The notes: generated from the letters alone by a model not told the origin. Positions 1-9,370 are shown, numbered from the whole stretch's first letter. The stretch is DNA of 61,839 nt, filler included, from Hausera hauseri (GCA_046269625.1; 10 parts of 10 records of this genome joined end to end with filler, not necessarily neighbours in it); one strand, 5' to 3'. Made by a program: numbers and translations.

Positions 1-669
1 GGAAATATATGCCTCTTTGAAATCACCTTCAGAATTCTCAAAAAGAATCTCAAGACCATATTGAACCTTACAAGAAGAGAAACGAGACGTATACATGTGA
101 AAGGTGCTTAGAATTTCTTCAGGTGGTCGAACAGAAATAAGATGGTCGGGCGCCACATCAAAACACAAACGGACATATTTATTTCCAAGAACAGTTTGTA
201 CAGTTAATTTTGTCGCTTTATTTTCAAGTCTCTGTTTCTTTTTTGCAATCTTATTGTCCTGGATTTTACGTTTGACTGGTTGTTGTTTACTTGTTTGCTG
301 TACACTTGGTTGTTGTTCAATTGGTTGTTCACTTTGTTGTTGTACACTTGATGAGGGAAGTTGTTGGTCTAAGACAAACTGTTTTGCCATATTGATCATT
401 TGAGCATGTTGTTGCAGAATGGTTTTTTTTGGGTTTTGTGAACATGGTTAGGTGATGTCCGTGGCGGTTTCTGAACTCAGTGAAATTTGCTCCTGACAAT
501 ATTTCACATGTGGGGCAAATGAAGAACTGATATCCGCTGTATTGTACTCCATAGTAGCGAGACATAGTGTCTTCACATTGTTGGTGTAGTTTGTCGGTGC
601 AATAATTGAAGTTACAATTCTATAAATGGATATAAGAATAAAACAATGAAAAAAATAAAAACATACCAT
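1..669 (-). CDS. N-terminal part of a Polinton/Maverick pPolB precursor (Cys/His module plus terminal-protein region); runs off the contig end; one homopolymer frameshift
   Basis: ATG at 669-667, then a GT..AG intron at 666-620, then NCNFNYCTDKLHQQCEDTMSRYYG..FICPTC..HGHHL. After a +1 shift at the A8 run (430-423) the frame is open to base 1 (..KVQYGLEILFENSEGDFKEAYIS). The same module precedes clear pPolB genes in contigs 2 and 9, and contig 9 also has the FENxxGxxKxxYI motif. Confidence 0.7.
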
Positions 670-795
670 CTTGAAAAGAAGATAATATTTGTCAAATAAA
701 ATGAATATTTCACTTTTATTTATACTATTTTTCATCCAATCAAAATCGAGATAGAAAAAATATATATATTTCTCTAACTTAATACAAATCATACC

Positions 796-1029
796 ATGTT
801 TGAACCAACAATGAATTTCTGTACGATTTGTCAAGATGAAATAATAAACTTGAATGTACGACCAGTCAGATGTATTCACCGATTTTGTCTACCATGTATA
901 AGGAAATGGATCAAAGAAAGAAATGTTTGTCCTACATGTCAGAGAAGCAGCCTATATTTTGCACTGTATACTGATATTGGCAAATTGATAAAAGTTGAAT
1001 ATGTAGAAACATTTATAAATAAAAGTTAA
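796..1029 (+). CDS. Small C3HC4 RING-finger protein (putative viral E3 ligase)
   Basis: CTIC..CIHRFCLPC..W..CPTC. TATA-like run at 761-768 upstream and AATAAA just before the stop. Confidence 0.85.
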   Translation: MFEPTMNFCTICQDEIINLNVRPVRCIHRFCLPCIRKWIKERNVCPTCQRSSLYFALYTDIGKLIKVEYVETFINKS

Positions 1030-1047
1030 CACATAGTACAATATTTA

Positions 1048-1620
1048 TTACAACAATAAACCTTTCTTAAAACATAAACTAAAAACTATTATTATATAAA
1101 TGAATCCTAAGATTGCTACGACCATTGCGAATATTAAACCAATGTCTTCTAGTTTCCATACTTGATGAATTGATAATTGATTACTTTTGGACAATTGTCG
1201 TCTGACAATAACCGTTCGTACCCAAAAATCTGTATAATTATGATGAACAGACAAATACATAACATATTCTTGATTAGGAATTGTTGACATACGCATTGCT
1301 GTAACATCTCTGTCTGTAACAATACAAATACCTCTCTTTAGAGACTTGTTTCTGTATACAATTTCTATCATTAAAGCTGCATTTTTTCGCAATCTGTCAG
1401 TTAATTTTATCTTAATATTGTCGGACATATATCTACATTCATCAATATATATGTTATGCAGCAATTTCTGATCATATAAAATTATTTCGTTTGGAATTGT
1501 ACTGTTCATTGTTTCTTTCATGGAACTTAGGATTGTTTTGTTCACTGTACTGTTAAACGCATTGATTGAAACAGTTTGTGCAAATGTGCACAAAATAATT
1601 ATGTAGGCAATCATTTTCAT
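1048..1620 (-). CDS. Type I membrane glycoprotein of unknown family
   Basis: Signal peptide (MIAYIIILCTFAQTVSINA), several NxS/T sequons, C-terminal TM helix (IGLIFAMVVAILGFIYIIIVFSLCF) and a short basic tail. Intact ORF. Confidence 0.75.
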   Translation of the reverse strand: MKMIAYIIILCTFAQTVSINAFNSTVNKTILSSMKETMNSTIPNEIILYDQKLLHNIYIDECRYMSDNIKIKLTDRLRKNAALMIEIVYRNKSLKRGICIVTDRDVTAMRMSTIPNQEYVMYLSVHHNYTDFWVRTVIVRRQLSKSNQLSIHQVWKLEDIGLIFAMVVAILGFIYIIIVFSLCFKKGLLL

Positions 1621-1785
1621 TTAAAATAATAAATATTATGGAATATTTATACTTTTTATCATTGAAAATGAGCCAATAGAAATGAAGTAACAATATAAAT
1701 AAAGTAACAAAACATTGTGGAAAATAATACAATATATTTTCTAAAATACAATATATTTTCTTAAAATACAACATATTGTCAAATG

Positions 1786-1922
1786 AGCCAATAAAAATCA
1801 TTTAAATCGACAAAACTATGAGCCAATATAAATCAAATAAATCGTCACAACACACATTGTCCAATAAAAATCATTTAAATCGACAAAACTTTGAACCAAT
1901 ATAAATCAAATAAATCGTCAAA
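1786..1922. promoter_or_regulatory. Duplicated ~73-bp unit with four CCAAT boxes
   Basis: CCAATAAAAATCATTTAAATCGACAAAACT..CCAATATAAATCAAATAAATCGTCA occurs twice. CCAAT at 1788, 1823, 1861 and 1896, plus one at 1673. Confidence 0.55.
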
Positions 1923-2159
1923 ACTGAAAATAGTGCAACACATTGTCGAAAACTATATAGTATAATTTCAATGATAAAACACTCATGAAGATATAACAGA
2001 CAAGATAAACTACAAAATTGATGCATGAAGAACATGAGAAGGATGTGTGGAGAAATTGTTTTATAGAAGATTTGTAAATGTACAATAAATCAATATTGTC
2101 TAAGTTGTTATTGTAACATTTTTTTACATATAATTAACACACATAATTTACACATGTAG

Positions 2160-2416
2160 TTATAACAAATGTACATTTGTTTTAACTATATGTGTACAAT
2201 TGTACATATATAGTTAAATCATTTGCACATTTGTTTTAACTATATATATGTACAATTGTCATTTAATTGTACATATATAGTTAATTCAATTGCACATTTG
2301 ATTTAACTATATGTGTACAATTGCACATTTGTTTTAACTATATGTGTACAATTGTACATATATAAATATAGTTAAATCATTTGCACATTTGTTTAACTAT
2401 ATATATATATATATAT
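2160..2416. repeat. Array of imperfect AT-rich palindromes
   Basis: Module TGCACATTTGTTTTAACTATATRTGTACAATTG is repeated with mirrored halves. 2181-2218 (TTTAACTATATGTGTACAATTGTACATATATAGTTAAA) is a near-perfect palindrome. The array ends in (TA)n. Confidence 0.85.
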
Positions 2417-2568
2417 TTGCAAATTATTAAATCAAGAAACATTACGTTGTGGTATATTACGTAGAGTATCTAATATTATTAATTGCAAAACAAGAAACAT
2501 ATTACGTTGCGGTATATTACTTGGAATATATAAGAAAGTGTTTTGTCATTATTTTTCATTATTTTACA

Positions 2569-3708
2569 ATGAACAAAACCAACGCATTTTCCAAGATTAT
2601 GAAGATGAGCAAAGAAACAAAATCCAAATTAATAGTTGCAGCACACGAAATTGAGCAGTCAAAACTACCACCAGCAGAATATGTCCCGATAGAAGAGGAC
2701 ATAATTTCAGTTCCTGAATATAATCCATCAGATCAGTTGAATGAGGATTTAGGGGCTATCGCAAGGAGAATAGGTATTAAAATTTTTGTTTTTTTTGTTT
2801 TTTTGTCAATGTTTATTTTATTTTTAGATAATGTTGATATGGATGCAGTCATTCATCAACTACGAGATGACATGCATCTGACAGAATCAGATTCCGATGT
2901 TGAACCGGAAATGAAGAAAAGAAAACGAATAATTGAACCGTCATCAAAACAAGTCAGGATGACGAAACAGAGACAAGAAGAATTAAAGAAGGCCACACAA
3001 AACATATCAGATATAGAACAGAAAAAGAAAATTACAGATATATTAATGACCAAGTGGCAGAACCAGTGTCAGAAAAGAAGGTATAACAGATTAAAAAAGA
3101 AAAATCTAAACGAAAGTTTCGAATCAGCTGAATTGGACAACGTAAGTGATCCAAAATTTCATGTAAATCTAGATCGGCGATTCGAAATTCAACCGAAGAA
3201 GAAACAGGATGAACAGAAGAAAGTGATAACAGAAGAGCAGTTAAAATCTGCTGAGGATAAATTACAAAGTGCGCAAATTGAAATCGAACACATGAAAATG
3301 GTGATTGATGGTTATCTAAAAACCATCCACAATCAAGGGCAAACTATTATGAAATTGAGAAACGAAAATCTGTCAATGAAAAAAAACAATTGTGTTCAGG
3401 GAATGAAAGTGTTGGCGGATATGGGAATAAACACCAAACAAGATACTGCAGAGAAACGAATCAACACAGGAAAAGAAACTGTAGAGAAAGGAATAAACAC
3501 AGAAAAAGATACTGCAGAGAAAGGAATAAACACAGAAAAAGATACTGCAGAGAAAGGAATAAACACAGAAAAAGAAACTGCAGAGAAAGGAATAAACACA
3601 GAAAAAGATACTGCGGAAAAAGGAACGAACACAGAATGTCAAAAATCAACAAATGAAAAAAAGAATGTGAAATTCAGTCATGTAAAGAATTGCACCATCA
3701 ATTTTTGA
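2569..3708 (+). CDS. Basic/coiled-coil nuclear-type protein with 7 x 11-aa C-terminal repeats; probable 54-nt intron at 2774-2827
   Basis: TATATAA at 2527, ATG at 2569, T-rich GT..TTTTAG in-frame intron, KKRKR NLS-like motif, heptad region and (E)KGINTEKDTA repeats. Confidence 0.8.
   Translation: MNKTNAFSKIMKMSKETKSKLIVAAHEIEQSKLPPAEYVPIEEDIISVPEYNPSDQLNEDLGAIARRIGIKIFVFFVFLSMFILFLDNVDMDAVIHQLRDDMHLTESDSDVEPEMKKRKRIIEPSSKQVRMTKQRQEELKKATQNISDIEQKKKITDILMTKWQNQCQKRRYNRLKKKNLNESFESAELDNVSDPKFHVNLDRRFEIQPKKKQDEQKKVITEEQLKSAEDKLQSAQIEIEHMKMVIDGYLKTIHNQGQTIMKLRNENLSMKKNNCVQGMKVLADMGINTKQDTAEKRINTGKETVEKGINTEKDTAEKGINTEKDTAEKGINTEKETAEKGINTEKDTAEKGTNTECQKSTNEKKNVKFSHVKNCTINF
3415..3636 (+). repeat. 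33-bp coding tandem repeat (7 copies)
   Basis: Period GGAATAAACACAGAAAAAGATACTGCAGAGAAA, encoding GINTEKDTAEK. Confidence 0.95.
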
Positions 3709-3710
3709 TC

Positions 3711-3775
3711 GAAAAACCGGTCCTCTTTAGGGCCAAAATAGAGAATGAAAAACCGGTCCTCTTTAGGGCCAAAAT
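3711..3775 (+). promoter_or_regulatory. Two tandem histone-mRNA-type 3' stem-loops (3719-3734 and 3755-3770)
   Basis: Two identical copies of GAAAAACC-GGTCCT-CTTT-AGGGCC-AAAAT: 6-bp stem, 4-nt loop, A/C-rich flanks. The first stem begins 10 nt after the stop codon. Confidence 0.7.
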
Positions 3776-4019
3776 TTTTGATTGAACATTATTTCTTTTG
3801 GTTTTATTTTATTTGGGTTTTATTTTGATTTATTTTGGTTTTAACTTAGTTAAAATTGAATTATATATTTTGTTTTCTTTTGGTTTTAACTTACTTAAAT
3901 TTAATCAGTCTGAGAAAATTGATTTTACATAGTTATCACAAATATACACACACACAAAACTTTATTTCTATTCGTTGAAAAAAATATATAACATATGGAA
4001 TATTTACAAATTATGAAAA

Positions 4020-4457
4020 ATGTTTTGCACAATTTGCCTACAAAAATCACGCACAGAAACCGCCGGAATGAGTACTTGTACTCATAGATTTTGTCTGCAA
4101 TGTTTTTCTCAATGGGTAAAGCAAAGTGAGTCGTGCCCACTATGCAGAAAAGAAGATTTCTATGTTTCAATATACAAAAATGGATCCCTCGAGAAGATAG
4201 TGGATATAGAGCATTTGGACAAAACCTGTAATACAGGTTTTACAGTACAAATATATAATTGTCGCCAAGGACACAAGCAGTGTTTGAACTGCTTTATCGA
4301 CAGATCCAGCATATGTTGTGCAAGATGTAATGCACAACATCAGAAGGTGCTGATATTCAATTCTGATGAAAAAATGATTGGTGTGAACCTCATTACGAAC
4401 CTGTGGAAAATGGGCGATAACGGATGGGTAGATGATATGTTAATAAATTTTATGTAA
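4020..4457 (+). CDS. RING-finger protein with a second, degenerate RING-like Cys/His cluster
   Basis: CTIC..CTHRFCLQC..W..CPLC followed by CRQGHKQCLNC..CCARC. AATAAA at the stop. Confidence 0.85.
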   Translation: MFCTICLQKSRTETAGMSTCTHRFCLQCFSQWVKQSESCPLCRKEDFYVSIYKNGSLEKIVDIEHLDKTCNTGFTVQIYNCRQGHKQCLNCFIDRSSICCARCNAQHQKVLIFNSDEKMIGVNLITNLWKMGDNGWVDDMLINFM

Positions 4458-4550
4458 ATAAATTTTATGTCTTAAAACTTCTTCATTGGATGCATACATA
4501 TAGGAGAAAAGTATATATACATAACTCATAATGTATAATATTGAAAACAA

Positions 4551-4850
4551 ATGCAAACTCCAAATTTATACTATTTAACACTCGAGGATTTTTCTTATTT
4601 GTCTCCAGATGTAACAATGCTCACTTTATCAGTTCCAATTGTTCTGCAATGGACTAATAACATGTTTTTCAACTTTACAAAACAAGAATGGAAACGCAAC
4701 ATACAGATTTTCGATGTTGGAATAGATGGATCGAAGAAGATAGTGTTAGCAAAAGTCGGAAGAAATAAGTATATAGATGTGAATAATCTGTATACTCAAG
4801 TTGCTGTTGTTGAGGAATATGTTAATATGAGAAAAGTTCCCGCTGCTTAA
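4551..4850 (+). CDS. Hypothetical protein (element accessory gene)
   Basis: Intact 99-aa ORF with TATA-like sequence upstream and AATAAA overlapping the stop. Confidence 0.55.
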   Translation: MQTPNLYYLTLEDFSYLSPDVTMLTLSVPIVLQWTNNMFFNFTKQEWKRNIQIFDVGIDGSKKIVLAKVGRNKYIDVNNLYTQVAVVEEYVNMRKVPAA

Positions 4851-5050
4851 TAAATATTTTTTTGTCTATTTTGTGTTATATACATTTGTAAACCCTTTAT
4901 CGAAAACACAAGACATTTTTTCATAAAATACATTTATTTCATTACACATAAAAATACATATATTTCATTACACATATTGGCTTATAAGCCATTCTATACA
5001 GTAATTTCCACACAACATAGTCAATGGATTTTGATACATAATGTTATTGT

Positions 5051-5150
5051 NNNNNNNNNNNNNNNNNNNNNNNNNNNNNNNNNNNNNNNNNNNNTTAATT
5101 AATTAANNNNNNNNNNNNNNNNNNNNNNNNNNNNNNNNNNNNNNNNNNNN
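5051..5150. other. Artificial contig-joining linker (one of nine)
   Basis: N44-TTAATTAATTAA-N44, giving stops in all six frames. Identical linkers at 9824-9923, 15051-15150, 20856-20955, 28389-28488, 37030-37129, 46595-46694, 51292-51391 and 56407-56506. A separate 10-N scaffold gap is at 52413-52422. Confidence 0.99.
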
Positions 5151-5453
5151 TCATTTCTGGTGACGAAATTGGAACGTATGCGACAATCCATCACATACAA
5201 TGATATGCATCAGAATCCATGGGACTTATTGTGTAAACTGGCTTAAACGCCAATATACATAAAATTGTTGTAAACGTTGTTGTGTTAATAAATGTTTTGT
5301 TGAAATAATGTCTGTATTATTTATTGACTTGGAGGGACTTGTGGATGATAATAATGAATACATGAAGAAGTTATGTATAATGCCACTGGTTAATATGCTT
5401 AATCCACTGCATTATGTATTTGCGTAAGTGAATTTCAGTATATTAAATGCAAT

Positions 5454-5705
5454 ATGTGCTATTTTAGACCTTCAGAACAGTGTTGCACAAACAACGCACA
5501 AGCGACAAATGCTTATTCGACAAACCATCATCAAAAACTGACATGGGAAGAATATACTAACCAGTTTTGCAGAGATTGTCTTAAGCGAGATATTGGGAAC
5601 ATGTGTGATATAAATGAATCCATGTTGTATGTCAAAGATCATTCTGATGAGCGAAAGAGGAAGATATTTAATAGCATATTTCCAGAATTGCTAATGTGCA
5701 TATGA
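5454..5705 (+). pseudogene. Cys-rich hypothetical gene fragment convergent on pPolB
   Basis: Exon-like ORF (TTTTAG acceptor near 5467) with CRDC and further Cys/His residues past the stop. No family recognised. Confidence 0.3.
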
Positions 5706-5935
5706 ATGTAACAAATTGGTAACTATACCAAAGAACATTACATATACTTATTGTGAACATAGATCACTTTGTGCATATAAAGTGTTTACCGTTATGTCAT
5801 AGTTAATTAGTTGGTCTTATCCTATATAGTAGTTATTTACTTTTACTTGGCCTTATCCTTTATCCCACATTACTTGGTCAAGAAGGCAACACGATATTTC
5901 TATACAACATTTACTAAACAAAAAAATAACAATAT

Positions 5936-8900
5936 CTACAATGCTACATGTCCGTGAGGTAGCGTGTGGATTCCATAGTTCAGGATATGCCTATTTTCGT
6001 CCATCCAATCTACGCTTTTCTTATATAGAGTTACTGTTTGAATGTTATGATCCTTAGATTGGATCATTTTCACTTCCGATATGTGATTCTGCTTTTGCAG
6101 GACTGTCACAATCTTCAAAAGTGATCTTGGACAATGTAGCCATTTGAACCCCTTTTGCACGCTTCTTTATTTGGCCACATATGTCTAGGGCATACATTTA
6201 AATCTGATAGCTACAAATCTCGATATTATTGCTCCCTTCACTTAGTCTTTGAATTTTTCAAGGACTTTCTTATTTGCAGTCTGAGGTATCTATGTGTTGA
6301 TCTAACTGGGCAAAGTCCTCATAAATGCCTTCTGTATGGATCTGATAGATGAAACTATCAGTATCCATATACATCAGCTGCATGTACTTGAACTTGGGGA
6401 CCATGATGTAGTTGAAATGGTACATCACGGTCTTTGACAGGTCGAGGATTGCCATACCCACATATGGGCTTGTTGGATACCAAGGATGTATGATGCTGCT
6501 GTTGAATTTAGGCTTGGCAATAAGCTTCTTTGCTCGCTTTCAGTCGGAGAGCAGTTCGATGTTGATCCTGTTTCGGCTATTCTCCATGGTCTTGCCAAAG
6601 ATCGAGTTGTTGTAAAGCTTGAAATGGTCCTTCTCAAAATGGTTTTTGGCAGTAGTCCACAGATTCGTATTGAGATCTATGTAGGGCTTCAGCCACATGG
6701 ACTGGCTGAACTGCAGGGCTCTGTTGATCTTGGTAATAGGAAGTCCATGTCTAACTGCCTGCTGGAGATTGATGTAGTGGACTACATACTTCTCCCTATT
6801 ACCCAGATGACAGAGCAGCTTTCTCAGCTTGCCATGGGGTGGAGGCTTGCTCTCAAGGAGGAAAGACAGCTGTTGATGGCTCGCGTGGATGGAAGCAAGA
6901 TATTCCATAAACACCTCTAGTATGTATCCCATATCTCCAGTGGTATCGAAGTCCAATATAGGGATGTTTTCAGGATTCTCAACCCATTTGAAGTTATCGT
7001 ACGGCCCAACTCATTTCTGGAGCCTTAAAGAAATGAGCTGGATCTAATGCATGGCTCTTAATTGTAACGTCCCTGAAGCCCTCAAAGACATCTGTCAGCA
7101 GCAGGACGTCCGTCTTGAGGTATATATCGCTGAATTCAGACGTTCTGGGCATGCTGGTAGTCAGAATCACTGATATCGCAATCAGAGAGGGTACTGTAAA
7201 AGTCCATGTCCGGCAATGAGGTCTCATCCCGTGTTTCCCATGAGGTTATGTAGTCATAAGGAAACACGCCTTTCCTCTTGACGAGGTCACATGCAGTGTG
7301 GAAGAACCTCTTCGTCTCCTTGAGTTCTTCGGCAGGCAGGTTCTTCACTAAACTGTCCAATGACGAGTTCATGAAGCGGAAGCTGTCTATGAAGCGAAGT
7401 CTGAAGCGGCCCACATGCTTGGTAAAAGTGATGTATTTTTCCTCACTATATTACCATCAATGTTGCCTAATTCTCGGACTATGAAATGGGAATCATAGCC
7501 ACTGAGATTATGGAACACTACAGGCACATATTTGCATGTTTTGCAGCGAAGATTGCAGTTGTTGCATGCTGCCCTCGACATGCACCTGTAAAATGGCAGT
7601 GATCCTTGACTTTCCAATTTCCCTTGTGAATGGTTTGGAGCACAAGTGACATGCTGTTGCCTTGCGCCATTCATCTTGTTTCCACGACATGCTCATATTA
7701 TACTTATGCTGCTAAAGCATGTTTTCAAGCATATGAGCCATGTCTTCCAGTGGTTTCATGAAATGTGCTCTGCGCCTGGACCTCTAAATAGATATGGTTC
7801 ACTGTCCAGTCTTTTGGCATACATATAATATGATGAGAGGCCATGATATTGGTATGCCGCTGTGTTGCTGTGTTGAGGACTAAGACTGCATGTCAGAACT
7901 GGTCCGAGAATAGCTTCAAAGTCGCAAAAGATAACCATTGGGATCTTGATCTCCTCGAACTCCTCGTTTGCATATTTCGATTCTTGTTGTGTTTCGTAAT
8001 TTGAGATCTGACTAGACGCTCAAAGTTCTTGATCCAAACATAATGTTTCTTTTCCCCATCATCTAGTAGAAGCAGATCCCTATGATCTTCCAATTCATTA
8101 CCATATATCTGCATGAAATAGAATTTATCTTCCTCATCCAATCCAATGATGTTAATGGATATATTGTTGATTCGACTGAACTTCTTAATTTCATCTAAGG
8201 ACGGAGGGAATGTAATACATTGGAAGTCATAGTTGTGCTGCACATCATTATATTGCCAAATTCGTGAAGCATTATGTTGATCAGACACGAGTTTTGATAG
8301 AATGGCATACATGAAACACATGTTGTCATCATTAAGGAAATTGATTCATGCTTTTTTATTAGCGATCCAATCAGGGAGCTGAATATATGAACTACCCCGC
8401 ATGGACGATAATCTGTGCACATACACAAGCAATCTCTTGATGGTTTCCAGAGTCCATCCGCTCTTCTTACTGTGGCTCTCATCGGCTTTACGGATCAGCT
8501 TTGCATGCACCTCATTCAGACATTCTAATATATTGGTGGCTTCAAAAATGGTTCTTTTTCTGGTCTTGAAGGCCCTTTTGGACTTTTAGCCATCAACATT
8601 GACGTATGTGGCCTCAAGTTTCATATTAACCGTAAGGACCTTGTGCTCAACTATGTTGTCCTGGAGAATCCCTATTGTTTCTTCCTCTGTGTACTCCAGG
8701 AATTACCTGATGGTTGTTTGACCAGTTGCATCAATGACATTTGCGGCATTTCCTCCTTAATGATTCAGCATTAACTGGCCTGTCTTTGACTCCTTGATGG
8801 AACCGCTACGCCTAATGCGCATGATGCGCGTTTTAGTCCTGCATCAGGCTGTACTGCTGCATCTGGCTGTGGTACTGCATCTGGCTGTCGTACTGCAAGT

Positions 8901-9370
8901 TGTGCAACTGGCTTATGCTCATTAAAGATGATCTTTTTTGACTTTGGTGCGAAGTCAGTCAAATGATGTTTGTGATATTCATAAAACTCTATGTAATCTC
9001 CATCACATACAGCCTCACATCCTGGGCAGATATAATAAATGCTCCTATTGAATTTGTGTCCATAATAGCTCCACATGGTATTGTGGCAATTCTGAGAGTT
9101 GTGTATTGCACATGTGCAATACACATGAACTGCATCTTTAATTTTCCTTTGGTACGAAAGTCATTATTGGCATATTGGTTTGTCGGCTTGGTAAAGGAAA
9201 TCAAGTGCCATCTATGGACACTGTAAAAGTCTTCATAATTGGTTTGACACTACAGCACATGTAGGGCATATATAATACTGTTGTAAATATGGCCAGTATT
9301 TCATCATAATACTGTGGCAATTTTCAGACTCATGGATTTGAACCAAGCATTCTCTGTAAAGTTTGCACAT
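5936..9370 (-). pseudogene. Polinton/Maverick protein-primed DNA polymerase B (vOTU + EndoVII type), multiply frameshifted
   Basis: Motifs in order: SGWTL..RGSSYIQLP..NDDNMCF, HYVWIKNFERL, ExoI VIFCDFEA, CHLC..CNNCNL, FHNLSGYDSHFI, FIDSFRFM..SLDSLVKNL, KGVFPYDY, YLKTDVLLLTDVFE, KLYNNSIFGKTMEN, YMDTDSF and C-terminal TLPHGH. Confidence 0.95.

Noticed and set aside
420-433. Programmed -1 frameshift at A AAA AAC
   Set aside because: The -1 frame stops within a few codons and the long frame needs +1. The contig-2 homolog is in frame at this point, so a homopolymer indel is more likely.
3373-3656. Overlapping Cys/Phe-rich or Arg-rich ORFs in other frames
   Set aside because: Shadow frames of the 33-bp coding repeat.
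3711-3775. CRISPR-like mini-array (29-bp palindromic repeats)
   Set aside because: Only two repeats with a 7-nt spacer, no cas genes and a eukaryotic context. It fits the histone stem-loop better.
5095-5106. TTAATTAATTAA recurring nine times, and ORFs running through N tracts
   Set aside because: Artificial linker. ORFs containing X runs and any gene neighbourhood across linkers are artefacts.
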